Positions 27,275 to 36,330 of a stretch of 64,000 nucleotides of DNA are shown here, piece by piece. A program made the translations under genes and the position numbers. Source of the stretch: an uncultured Anaerolinea sp. (GTDB lineage Bacteria > Chloroflexota > Anaerolineae > Anaerolineales > Anaerolineaceae); contig CAZHMD010000013.1 in NCBI GenBank assembly GCA_964533735.1, forward strand, positions 1,638 to 65,637. The letters are read 5' to 3'. Positions within the stretch are counted from its first letter, which is position 1. The number at the start of each line of letters is the position of its first letter. The notes below the pieces were generated by a model that was not told the DNA's origin, made no database searches, and saw nothing but the letters and a program-made list of their open reading frames with translations.

Positions 27275-28951
27275 ATGAAATCAAGTCGTTGGTTCAAAGG
27301 AATAGTTTTGATCATTGTTCTGGCAATGGTCCTGGCTGCCTGCCAAAAAGCGCCGGAGGCACCAAGCCAGACAATCCGTGTCAATATGGGGACGTTCCCC
27401 GATTTGATCGACCCGCAAAAAAGTTCATTCATTAATGAAATCGCGACCCTGCAAAACATCTACGAAGGTCTGACGCGATTGAACACCAAGATGGAAACTG
27501 AACCGGCTGCCGCGGAGAAATGGGAATACAACGCGGACGCCACCGAGATCACATTTACATTACGGAAGAACCTCAAGTACAGCGATGGCAGCCTACTGAA
27601 CGCCAAACGCTTTGAGTACGCCCTGTTCCGCTTGTTGGACCCCGCAACCGCTGGTGAGTATTCCGGTGCCATCGATACAGTGGTTGGCGCTGTGGCTTAC
27701 CGCAATGGTGACCTGGCTGATCCGGCTGCGCTGCAAACCTTGAAAGAAGCTGTAGCGATCAAAGCGCTGGATACCAAGGGAGAGGCATGCACCGACTATG
27801 AACAAAAAGACTGCCTTATCCTGAAGCTCAACCTGACCCAGCCTACTCCTTATATGCACACAATCCTCTACATGTGGGTAGCCTATCCTGTGAAACAGGA
27901 ATTAGTGGAAGCCGGTGGAGAAACCTGGTGGTTAACCGCCTCGAACCATGTGGGTAATGGACCCTTCAAGCTGGTTGGAATGGAACAAGCCTCCTATATG
28001 ACTTTCGAACCCAATCCGAACTACTGGCGCGGCGTCCCCAAGTTCAACCTGGATTTCCGCTACATCGTTGATACCGCGGTTGCTTTTGAAGCCTATAAGA
28101 ATGACGAGTTTGATGTTATCCCGTTAGCGGCTGAAGATCTACTGACCGTCCAGGCAGATGAAGTGCTCAACGCCCAGGCACAAATCTACGCTGGTTCCTG
28201 CACATATGCCTTCTTCTTCCCGCCATTCAAGGAACCCTTTACAGATCCCAAGGTGCGCCAGGCATTTGCGTATGCAACAGACCGCGACGCCTGGGTATCT
28301 GACATTATGCAAGGTCTTGGGACTTCTACATTGACCTGGATTCCCGAAGGCTGGCCTGGCTATGATGACAGTGAAGACCGCTGGGCTTATGATCCCGAAA
28401 AAGCCAAGCAGGCACTGGCAGAATCCACTTATGGCAGCGTTGAAAATCTGCCTGAGATCAAATTAACCTTCAGCGACTCACCCCGCAACCGCACCCGCTT
28501 TGAGTGGCTGGCGAACAACTGGAAAGAAAGTCTGGGTGTTGAAGTGGTATTGGACCCAACTGAGGCAACCACCTACACTGCCTTGACCAAAGAAAAAGAA
28601 ACCATGCCGCAGACATTTTACCTGGGCTGGTGCGCGGATTATCCTGATCCACAAAACTGGCTGAGCATCTACTGGATGACGTCTTCTCCATATGCTGAAA
28701 AATACGGATATTCCAATCCAGCAATGGATGAACTCATGATGCAGGCAGATGTTGAGATGGATCCCGCAAAACGTATGCAGCTCTACGTTGACGCTCAGAA
28801 ACTGCTTGTGGCAGATGCGGTGAACGCCTTCATGTACAACAGGGTAAATTCCTACCTGATCAAACCATGGGTCAAGGGTTTTGTGACCACCCCGATGGAC
28901 GCTGGCTGGCCCGGACAAATGGACCCGCTCACCATCACGATCGAAAAGTAA
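27275..28951 (+). CDS. ABC transporter substrate-binding lipoprotein, peptide/nickel (family 5) type
   Basis: MKSSRWFKGIVLIIVLAMVLAAC lipobox, and length and pattern of SBP_bac_5 (..NPNYWRG..). GGAGG SD 5 nt before the ATG at 27275. Confidence 0.8.
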   Translation: MKSSRWFKGIVLIIVLAMVLAACQKAPEAPSQTIRVNMGTFPDLIDPQKSSFINEIATLQNIYEGLTRLNTKMETEPAAAEKWEYNADATEITFTLRKNLKYSDGSLLNAKRFEYALFRLLDPATAGEYSGAIDTVVGAVAYRNGDLADPAALQTLKEAVAIKALDTKGEACTDYEQKDCLILKLNLTQPTPYMHTILYMWVAYPVKQELVEAGGETWWLTASNHVGNGPFKLVGMEQASYMTFEPNPNYWRGVPKFNLDFRYIVDTAVAFEAYKNDEFDVIPLAAEDLLTVQADEVLNAQAQIYAGSCTYAFFFPPFKEPFTDPKVRQAFAYATDRDAWVSDIMQGLGTSTLTWIPEGWPGYDDSEDRWAYDPEKAKQALAESTYGSVENLPEIKLTFSDSPRNRTRFEWLANNWKESLGVEVVLDPTEATTYTALTKEKETMPQTFYLGWCADYPDPQNWLSIYWMTSSPYAEKYGYSNPAMDELMMQADVEMDPAKRMQLYVDAQKLLVADAVNAFMYNRVNSYLIKPWVKGFVTTPMDAGWPGQMDPLTITIEK

Positions 28952-28966
28952 TTTCAACTACAAAAA

Positions 28967-28994
28967 GGTCTGGCTGGTGAAAACCAGCCAGACC
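28967..28994. promoter_or_regulatory. perfect 11-bp stem-loop between the binding-protein and permease genes
   Basis: GGTCTGGCTGG-tgaaaa-CCAGCCAGACC flanked by A-runs. There is no plus-strand U-tail, so it looks like an mRNA-stabilising or decoupling hairpin rather than a full terminator. Confidence 0.55.
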
Positions 28995-29078
28995 AAAAAT
29001 GAATAGCATCTTCGCAATCATCCAACATTTTTATTTTTTTGATCTGTTTGTCACAAGATTTGAATGAGAGGCAATAAA

Positions 29079-30068
29079 ATGGCAGTTATCACACAAACCA
29101 AGAGTCAAATCGTGAGCTTAAACGAGCTTACCACACCGCCGCGTAGCCTGTTCAAAGACGCCTGGTCCCGCCTGAGCCGCAACAAAGGCGCAGTGGTTTC
29201 CATGGTGATCATTGTCATTTTCTTTCTCATCGCGTTGTTTGCCAATGTGATCGTACCTCACAACCCGCTGGAGATAACCTCAGGTAAAAAATTCCTGCCA
29301 CCAGTGTGGGTGGCAGAAGGACCGACCGGAGCCGCAGGTGAAGCATCTTATATATTCGGTACCGACAGCCTGGGCAGGGATGTCTTGAGCCGCACGATCT
29401 ACGGCGCACGCGTTTCCATGATCGTGGGGCTTGTTCCAACAGCTATCATCCTACTGGTCGGCACCATTGTGGGCTTGTATTCTGGGTATGCTGGCGGGAA
29501 GGTAGATAACCTGCTGATGCGCCTCACGGATGTGATCTACGCATTCCCCGACCTGCTCTTTTTTATTATTGTAATGATCGCTCTGCGCGATACAGCCCTG
29601 GGACAGATGTTGAACGGTTTGCTGCTGTTATTCAGCGCGCTGGCATTCGTTAACTGGGTTGGCGTGGCGCGCATTGTGCGCGGACAGGTGCTGTCACTCA
29701 AAGAGAAGGAATTTGTGGAAGCTGCGCGCGCCATTGGCGCGAAAAAAAGCCGAATCATGTTCCGCCACCTGCTTCCTAACAGCCTGGGTCCGGTCATCAT
29801 CATCGCTGCCACTTCCATTCCCATGATGATCATCACTGAAGCCATTTTGGGTTACCTCGGTCTTGGTTTGCGCCCATCGACCAACCAGGCAGATTTCTTC
29901 CTGACCTCGTGGGGCTCTTTACTCCTCGACGGGCAAACTGCCATCAATGCACAGCCATGGGCTCTGCTGACCCCGGCCATATTTGTGGCAATCATTGTGC
30001 TCTCATTCACTTTCCTTGGCGATGGACTGCGCGATGCCTTTGATCCCCGTTTGCAGGGAACCCAGTAA
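29079..30068 (+). CDS. ABC transporter permease, OppC/DppC-like
   Basis: N-terminal OppC_N-like segment (SLFKDAWSRLSRNKGAVVS) and the BPD-transporter EAA loop ARAIGAKKSRIMFRHLLPN. Start at the ATG at 29079 after a GAGAGG SD. Confidence 0.8.
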   Translation: MAVITQTKSQIVSLNELTTPPRSLFKDAWSRLSRNKGAVVSMVIIVIFFLIALFANVIVPHNPLEITSGKKFLPPVWVAEGPTGAAGEASYIFGTDSLGRDVLSRTIYGARVSMIVGLVPTAIILLVGTIVGLYSGYAGGKVDNLLMRLTDVIYAFPDLLFFIIVMIALRDTALGQMLNGLLLLFSALAFVNWVGVARIVRGQVLSLKEKEFVEAARAIGAKKSRIMFRHLLPNSLGPVIIIAATSIPMMIITEAILGYLGLGLRPSTNQADFFLTSWGSLLLDGQTAINAQPWALLTPAIFVAIIVLSFTFLGDGLRDAFDPRLQGTQ

Positions 30069-30159
30069 TCGGCAAGATTAACGTAGAGGACTTAATTTTA
30101 TCTTCAACAAACATTCCCTGGACCTGATCTGATTCGTTTCTGGTCCCTTGATCCTCCTT

Positions 30160-30195
30160 ATGATTTGGACCGGTGGTGTGACCGGTCTAAATCAT
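30160..30195 (+). terminator. long hairpin downstream of the permease gene
   Basis: ATGATTTGGACCGG-tggtgtg-ACCGGTCTAAATCAT (one G:A position), followed by TTT. Confidence 0.5.
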
Positions 30196-30359
30196 TTTAA
30201 TGGTGTATTCGACCTATAAGAAAGGTGGCCTATTTCTTAAAGGTTAGATTCGATAGATCAAATAACTATTCGGAGGGTTATTCTGGATGGAACAGAAGCG
30301 CCATAATCTCTGTATAATAATGAAATGGTGGGGGTTTCCCCAACAGACAGGAGAAGAAA

Positions 30360-31559
30360 ATGAGAAGGTCGTTGCGATACTTGGTCCTTGTGATAGTGTT
30401 CCTTTTTGGACTTGTTTCTTGTAATTTTCCCTTTGGCAGCCAATCCACAACACCTGATGAGAATGCGATCAATACCTCAGTTGCTCAAACCCTGATTGCC
30501 CTTGACGGACCAGCCTCCACGGAAGCGGTCAATCTCCCAACAGCAGGTGCGCCACCCACCATTACCTCTGCTCCACTACCCACCGCTGGTTTACCCACTG
30601 TTGGTCCGACAGTTTCACCGCCAACACTGACTCCCACCCAGGATACCTGTAACCGCGCCGAATGGGTCGAAGATGTGACGATTCCGGATGGAAGCGTTTT
30701 GCTGCCAAACAAAGACTTTGTTAAAACCTGGCGGGTCAAGAACGTCGGCACCTGTACCTGGACAACCAGTTATGCAGTGGTTTATTTCAGTGGTGATCAA
30801 ATGGGCGCACCGGCAGCTACCAGCCTACTTGGTAACATAGCCCCAGGAGCCACAGTTGACCTTTCAGTTAATATGAAATCCCCTGGCACCAATGGTGAAT
30901 ATACGGGAAACTTTAAACTGCGCAGTGATACCGGACTCATTTTTGGTACCGGGTCCTCCTTCAACTCCCCCATTTATGCCCAAATTAAAGTGAGTTCCAT
31001 CATGCTTCTGCCCGGGCTTGATTTTAGCGGGATCATTGAATTGATGCCGCTTGAGACCCTGGTTTATAATTTTGCCAGCAATTACTGCTCAGCCAGCTGG
31101 CGCAATGCTACCGCACCCGGTACCCTGCCGTGCCCCGGCTCCACCTCGGACGCAACCGGTTACGTTGTACGCAACGATGATCCAAAGCTCTCCAATGGCA
31201 CCACTTACAATGGCGTTGCCCTGGTCACTCACCCGCAATGGATTGCGGGCGGCTCAATTTCGGGCACATTCCCTGTACTAGCGGTGCAAAATGGGATGAA
31301 ATTCCGTGCCACGCTTGGCTGCCGCTTTGACGGCTCGGCGTGTGCTGTGCGCTACTTCCTGCGCTATTACGAAGAGGGAGTGGCAGGATTGAAGCAATTA
31401 AACCAGTGGGATCTGGATTACGCGGATGCTCCCCTGAAAGTTGATGTTGACCTTTCCTCGCTCGCCGGCAAGAATATCATCTTTGTGCTTCAGGTTGTTG
31501 CGCTTGACAGCCCCGACCAGGATTGGGCTCAATGGGTTAACCCCAGGATCATAAAGTAA
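30360..31559 (+). CDS. lipoprotein with NBR1-type Ig-like domain and Cys-containing C-terminal domain (paralogue of 6204..7382)
   Basis: Lipobox LVSC and a Pro/Thr linker. CNRAEWVEDVTIPDGS..FVKTWRVKNVGTCTWT...GEYTGNFKLRSDTGLIFG. The C-terminal NYCSASWR...LPCPG...VDLSSLAGKNIIFVLQV...AQW aligns with the first copy. Confidence 0.65.
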   Translation: MRRSLRYLVLVIVFLFGLVSCNFPFGSQSTTPDENAINTSVAQTLIALDGPASTEAVNLPTAGAPPTITSAPLPTAGLPTVGPTVSPPTLTPTQDTCNRAEWVEDVTIPDGSVLLPNKDFVKTWRVKNVGTCTWTTSYAVVYFSGDQMGAPAATSLLGNIAPGATVDLSVNMKSPGTNGEYTGNFKLRSDTGLIFGTGSSFNSPIYAQIKVSSIMLLPGLDFSGIIELMPLETLVYNFASNYCSASWRNATAPGTLPCPGSTSDATGYVVRNDDPKLSNGTTYNGVALVTHPQWIAGGSISGTFPVLAVQNGMKFRATLGCRFDGSACAVRYFLRYYEEGVAGLKQLNQWDLDYADAPLKVDVDLSSLAGKNIIFVLQVVALDSPDQDWAQWVNPRIIK

Positions 31560-31578
31560 GTTAGAGAACTCTAAAAAA

Positions 31579-31605
31579 AGAGAGTCCGCAAGGGCTCTCT
31601 TTTTT
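31579..31605 (+). terminator. intrinsic terminator
   Basis: AGAGAGTCC-gcaa-GGGCTCTCT followed by TTTTT. Confidence 0.8.
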
Positions 31606-31621
31606 CTGTTAGAATCGCAGT

Positions 31622-33019
31622 ATGTCTTACAAATTAAGGAGATTCCTATTGTTGGCATTGCCCATGGTGGGCATTGTAGCTGGCTACCTGTTGATGGCGC
31701 GACCGGTGACGCTCACAATCGATGGTCAGCGGGAGACAGTGACCACCCGAGCGCTGTCTGTGCGCGGAGTTTTACGCTCGGCAGGTATCCGCATCGCAGA
31801 GGGGGATTATGTTTCGCCTGATGCCGGTGCGTGGTTGAACAAAACCACAGATATTGTATTCAATCACGCGGGTCTTATCCGTGTGTGGATCGATCCTCAG
31901 GGGGAGATCATTAGTGTAAACACAGGTGCCCGTACACCCGCGGAAATTGTCATTGCGGCGGGTGTTTCACCGGAGGAAGGTGACCTCTACCGGGTGAATG
32001 GACAAGTGGTGGATGCCGACCAGGAATTGAACCCGATGCGCGGTTTTATGCTGCAGTACACTCCCCAGGTTAAGTTGACAGTGAACTTGGATGGCGAAAC
32101 GCTGGAGGTTTATTCCTCAGCGAGCACGCTGGGTGAGGCTTTGTGGCAGAGTGGCATCAGTCTGCTGGGTGGGGATTATGTTGACCCTGCGTTGGATACA
32201 CTGCTGACCGAAGCAATTGACGTTACCATCAAGCGTGGGCTGCCATTGATGATCACGGTTGATGGAAAAGAGTTGTCAGTTCTTTCAACCGCAGAAACGG
32301 TTGGTCAAGCCCTCCAACAGGCAGGCGTGAGCCTGCAGGACCTGGATTACAGCAAGCCGAGTGAATCTGAGGGGCTGCCGGAAGGCGGAAAAATTGAAGT
32401 CATCCGTGTGACTGAAGACATCCTGACTGAACAATATAATATTCCATTCGGTGTGGAATATGTAGCAGACCCGGCGTTAGGTGTGGGTGAACGCGTTGTA
32501 AAAGTTCAAGGCGAAAACGGGTTGCAAGTAGCAAAAGTGCGTGTGCGTTATGAGAACGGTAAAGAGGTTTCCCGAACGAATGAGGGGGTGGTCATCCTCA
32601 AGCAGCCCGTCACACACCTGGAAGCTTACAGTTCACAATTTGCCCTGAATACCATCGATACACCCAACGGACCAATGACCTACTATCACGCGGTCACCGT
32701 CACTGCCACTGCCTATTCTCCGTGTCGTTTAGGTATCCCCAATTATTGTAACAATGTAACTGCATCAGGAACCACAGTACACAGGGGTATCATCGCGGTG
32801 CACCTGGACTGGTACCGGATTCTAAAAGGGACACAAATTTATGTACCCGGTTACGGTATCGGGACGGTGGCAGACACAGGATCATATCCGTATAACCATA
32901 ACTGGATCGACCTGGGATATACAGACGAAGAATTTGAATTGTACGCGAAATTCATTCCAAGCATCACAGTGTATTTGCTGGCTCCAGCGCCATCCGGGTT
33001 CACAGGGGCTTTGCCATAA
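31622..33019 (+). CDS. DUF348 repeats / G5 / 3D-domain cell-wall protein (YabE / RpfB-like architecture)
   Basis: TM anchor and repeated VT..IDG......T....V...L...GI modules (DUF348). A G5-like segment (VVKVQGENGLQVAKVRVRYENGKEVSR) and a C-terminal 3D domain (TATAYSP...TASGTTVHRGIIAV...IYVPGYGIGTVADTG). Lies upstream of rsmA, as yabE does in Bacillus. Confidence 0.75.
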   Translation: MSYKLRRFLLLALPMVGIVAGYLLMARPVTLTIDGQRETVTTRALSVRGVLRSAGIRIAEGDYVSPDAGAWLNKTTDIVFNHAGLIRVWIDPQGEIISVNTGARTPAEIVIAAGVSPEEGDLYRVNGQVVDADQELNPMRGFMLQYTPQVKLTVNLDGETLEVYSSASTLGEALWQSGISLLGGDYVDPALDTLLTEAIDVTIKRGLPLMITVDGKELSVLSTAETVGQALQQAGVSLQDLDYSKPSESEGLPEGGKIEVIRVTEDILTEQYNIPFGVEYVADPALGVGERVVKVQGENGLQVAKVRVRYENGKEVSRTNEGVVILKQPVTHLEAYSSQFALNTIDTPNGPMTYYHAVTVTATAYSPCRLGIPNYCNNVTASGTTVHRGIIAVHLDWYRILKGTQIYVPGYGIGTVADTGSYPYNHNWIDLGYTDEEFELYAKFIPSITVYLLAPAPSGFTGALP

Positions 33020-33030
33020 AAACGCCGCAG

Positions 33031-33882
33031 GTGGATGTACGCACACTCCTGCGCCGCTACAACCTGGATCCCTATAAGGGTCTCGGGCAGAACTTCCTTG
33101 TTGATCAAAACGCGCTGAAGAAAATTGTGGATTGTGCCGAAGTTGCCAAAGAGGATACTGTTCTCGAGATCGGAGCCGGACTGGGCAACCTGACGCGCTT
33201 ACTGGCACAGGCTGCCAGGAGGGTCGTGGCGGTTGAGATCGACCGTAAACTGATTCCCCCGCTGCAGGAAGTGATGTCAAGGCATGAGAATTGCGAGATC
33301 ATCGAGGGGGATATCCTTGAATTTAATCCGGCGGTGATTATTGGTGAAAGCGGATACCTGGTGGTGGCGAATATTCCGTACTACATTACCTCTGCCATTA
33401 TCAGGCATTTGCTGACAAACGCCTCAAAACCGAGGCGCCTGGTACTGACCATGCAGAGCGAAGTCGCCAAAAGAATTTGCGCAGAACCGGGGGATCTTTC
33501 GCTGCTGGCGCTAAGCGTGCAGGTATTTGGCACCCCGCGCATCATGGCTACCATTCCTGCGGCGGCGTTCTTCCCGCCGCCCAAGGTGGATTCATCTACT
33601 TTACGGGTGGATATTTTCCCCGAACCCCTGATGACCGACAGGCAGCTGGCACTCTTCTTCAGGTTGGCAAAGGCGGGTTTTTCACAGAAACGCAAGATGC
33701 TCAGAAATACCATGGCTGCGGGGCTGCATTTATCAAGCACTCAAGCTGAAGAACTGCTGCACTCCGCCGGGATCGACCCGGCCAGGAGGGCGCAGACGCT
33801 GGACCTGGTGGAGTGGCGCACCCTGGTGGGTGAATACGAAATATTCCAAGCCGCCAAAACAACGGCAGATGCACAATCCTGA
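33031..33882 (+). CDS. rsmA: 16S rRNA (adenine1518/1519-N6)-dimethyltransferase
   Basis: LGQNFLVD, VLEIGAGLGNLT and VANIPYYITS motifs. GTG start. Confidence 0.9.
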   Translation: MDVRTLLRRYNLDPYKGLGQNFLVDQNALKKIVDCAEVAKEDTVLEIGAGLGNLTRLLAQAARRVVAVEIDRKLIPPLQEVMSRHENCEIIEGDILEFNPAVIIGESGYLVVANIPYYITSAIIRHLLTNASKPRRLVLTMQSEVAKRICAEPGDLSLLALSVQVFGTPRIMATIPAAAFFPPPKVDSSTLRVDIFPEPLMTDRQLALFFRLAKAGFSQKRKMLRNTMAAGLHLSSTQAEELLHSAGIDPARRAQTLDLVEWRTLVGEYEIFQAAKTTADAQS

Positions 33883-33897
33883 ATATTCAGCTATGGG

Positions 33898-34446
33898 TTA
33901 ATCAGTGACTTTTTGTTTGGCATCAGCCAGCGTCTGATTAAAATAGTCTTCCATTGGTTGATTAATCCCCCTGAGCCCAGCCACGACATTCTGAGACCAT
34001 TCGAGATATCTCATCCGTTCCTCCAGGTCCCAATCGGCAGGGGGATGAGAGCCGACATCCTTGACGTTGCAGATCTTGTCTGCCAGTTTGATGATCTTCG
34101 CTTTTCGTGACAGGTTAGGGGCGTGCAGGATCTGCATTTCTTTCCGTTTTTCTTTTTTAAGCGTTTTATCGTCAGTGACTTCCTGAACGATGTTCGCGAC
34201 TTCTTCACCGAATTTATCCGCAATCTCCTCCGGTTTTGTACCAGTATCCTCGATGACATCATGCAGAAGGGCAGCGCTCAGTATGATTGGATCATTCACA
34301 CCCCCCACACGGCAGATCAATTCAGCCACACGGATAGGATGATGAATATAGGGCGTTTTTTCCACATCTTTTCTCTTTAGGTGCAGGTGTTTTTCAGAGG
34401 CGAATTTCAAGGCACCCAGAAAAAATTGTAATTCTGTGTCATTCAT
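33898..34446 (-). CDS. HD-domain (p)ppGpp hydrolase, Mesh1 / small alarmone hydrolase-like
   Basis: 182 aa. ...PYIHHPIRVAELI...ILSAALLHDVIEDTGTKPEEIADKFGEEVANIVQEVTDDK matches the RelA/SpoT hydrolase-domain-only pattern. AAGGAG SD upstream. Confidence 0.7.
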   Translation of the reverse strand: MNDTELQFFLGALKFASEKHLHLKRKDVEKTPYIHHPIRVAELICRVGGVNDPIILSAALLHDVIEDTGTKPEEIADKFGEEVANIVQEVTDDKTLKKEKRKEMQILHAPNLSRKAKIIKLADKICNVKDVGSHPPADWDLEERMRYLEWSQNVVAGLRGINQPMEDYFNQTLADAKQKVTD

Positions 34447-34470
34447 GTTTACTCCTTAAGGGGTTTATTT

Positions 34471-35190
34471 TTAGTGAAGGCGGCGGTAGCGCGAGCGTAG
34501 CTGCCAGACACGCAGAGCGGCTTCGACCTGTATCCTGAGGTTCATTTTGGATTGACCGAATTTGCGTTCAGCGAAGTGGATGGGGATTTCCTTTATCTTG
34601 AATCCCAGCCTGGTGGCGAGGTATGCCATTTCCACCTGGAAGATATAACCATTGGAGCGGATCTGGTCGAGAGGGATGGCGCTAAGGACTTCGCGCTTCC
34701 ACAAACGATAACCGCCTGTCATGTCCTGTGTTTTGGCGCTCAAAATAAACCGGGAATACTCATTGCCGAAACGGGAGAGGAATTTCCTCCAGGCTGGCCA
34801 ATCGTGATCCAAACTGCCGCCCTCGATGTACCTTGAACCGATGACCAGGTCGGCGTTCTCCAGCGCTTGTTCAAATTCCACCAGTTTTTCCGGAGGGTGA
34901 GAAAAATCCGCGTCCATTTGAGCGATCTTTTGTACATCCGTATTCAGAAGATGTTTAAACCCCGTTACATAAGCGGTCCCCAGGCCCAACTTGCCTGAAC
35001 GATGGATGACCTCCACTTTTCCGGGGAACTGGAGGACGAGTTCATCCGCGATCCTGCCCGTTCCGTCGGGGCTGTTGTCATCAATAATGAGCACGCGCAA
35101 GTCTTCAATGGGCAGCGCAAGGATGCGATTGATGATCTTGGGGAGGTTGTCTTTTTCGTTGTAAGTGGGGATGATGACAGCCAGGCTCAT
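34471..35190 (-). CDS. polyprenol-phosphate mannosyltransferase (GT2, Ppm1/Dpm1-like)
   Basis: AVIIPTYNEKDNL, IIDDNSPDGT, LGLGTAY and MDADFSHPP motifs. The ATG overlaps the upstream stop (TAATG). Confidence 0.8.
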   Translation of the reverse strand: MSLAVIIPTYNEKDNLPKIINRILALPIEDLRVLIIDDNSPDGTGRIADELVLQFPGKVEVIHRSGKLGLGTAYVTGFKHLLNTDVQKIAQMDADFSHPPEKLVEFEQALENADLVIGSRYIEGGSLDHDWPAWRKFLSRFGNEYSRFILSAKTQDMTGGYRLWKREVLSAIPLDQIRSNGYIFQVEMAYLATRLGFKIKEIPIHFAERKFGQSKMNLRIQVEAALRVWQLRSRYRRLH

Positions 35191-35840
35191 TAAAGCTCCT
35201 GGCGGAGATCTGGTTCGGCATTAGGTTCAGGTTCGGTGATGATGTATTTGCAGGCAGGAGCTCCTGCCGCCAGACATTCAATTTCTGTCACCTGGTATGT
35301 TTCTTTATATGAAAATTCCTTGACAGCCTCATCCAGCAACCCTTCAAAGAAACCGCAGATTGAGTCTTCTGCGGTGCGGTTCGTACAAACAGGGCATTGG
35401 CGGATGAGGAATTCATAGCCGGGTTGACCCTCGCGCATACAAACCAGGGTACGCATATCGCTGACTGAATTGAGGAAATTTGAGAGACGGTTGAGACGCA
35501 CGAGCAATGTGTCCGTTGTGCTGCTCACTGGCGGCATACTGGCGGAAAGTGGACTGGTGCCAAAGGTGAGTCCACTGAGGCGCATGCATATCCTGCCCGC
35601 CCGGATGGAGAGAGATCGTCCACCGCGGCGCCCCATCACTTCGTTGAGCGAATTGAATAAACGGGAAAAATTTACGAATGAGAATTCGCAATTCATGGTA
35701 TCGGGGAGGGGGTTTTCACCCAGGTCGGGGAGCTCTGCCTGGCGATAGATGGTTTTCATTGCCCCAACACCGACGACTTCCTGGAGTGCATTGATGGTAG
35801 TGCGCACAAAGCGGTTGGGGAGAAAAAATCCGTCTGTCAT
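35190..35840 (-). CDS. V4R (4-vinyl reductase-like) small-molecule-binding domain protein
   Basis: C-terminal QCPVCTNRTAEDSICGFFEGLLDEAV...VTEIECLAAGAPACKYII has the V4R Cys/Gly pattern. The N-terminal part is unassigned. Confidence 0.6.
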   Translation of the reverse strand: MTDGFFLPNRFVRTTINALQEVVGVGAMKTIYRQAELPDLGENPLPDTMNCEFSFVNFSRLFNSLNEVMGRRGGRSLSIRAGRICMRLSGLTFGTSPLSASMPPVSSTTDTLLVRLNRLSNFLNSVSDMRTLVCMREGQPGYEFLIRQCPVCTNRTAEDSICGFFEGLLDEAVKEFSYKETYQVTEIECLAAGAPACKYIITEPEPNAEPDLRQEL

Positions 35841-35843
35841 GGC

Positions 35844-36233
35844 TTATCCGCTGAAATCCTGGGCAAGAATGACCGATAGATCATCTGCTGTGTGACGCAT
35901 ATCGAGGAAGATCATGCCAAGCTTGGCTTGTTGGTTGACCAGGGCTGTGAGGACGGCTTTTTCACCAACAGCCATCAGCACCACGTAGCCGTTATCGCCC
36001 TTGATGTGCACCATTTCAAGAGAGCCGCGCCCCATTTCCTTGCTGATCTGCTCACCAAGCGAAAGCATGGCAGCCGACATGGCAGAAACGCGATCTTCAC
36101 TCATTTCGGGTAATAAAGCAGAAGCGATGATAAGACCATCAATGCTCACCACGGCAGCCGCCTCAATATCTGGCGAGGACTGCTGCAGTAAATGCATCCG
36201 GTCAATCAAGGCCTGTCTTTTAGGATGGATCAA
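35844..36233 (-). CDS. Roadblock/LC7 (MglB-like) domain protein
   Basis: 129 aa. ..IEAAAVVSIDGLIIAS......RVSAMSAAMLSLG.....E....L..V.I.G..GYVVLMAVGEKAVLTALV is the typical Robl/LC7 pattern. Its stop is 3 nt from the V4R start. Confidence 0.75.
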   Translation of the reverse strand: MIHPKRQALIDRMHLLQQSSPDIEAAAVVSIDGLIIASALLPEMSEDRVSAMSAAMLSLGEQISKEMGRGSLEMVHIKGDNGYVVLMAVGEKAVLTALVNQQAKLGMIFLDMRHTADDLSVILAQDFSG

Positions 36234-36330
36234 TTTTATTACTCCCTTTGAATCTGTTAATACCAGGTTACTTTAGCACAGGCATTTTTTGGTGTCAAGA
36301 ATGATTGTCATATATTTCGCCTGATTGTAG

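Noticed and set aside
28952-29063. A possible remnant of a deleted OppB gene between the binding-protein and permease genes.
   Set aside because: The gap is only 112 bp and is largely occupied by a clean hairpin. No frame gives permease-like residues.
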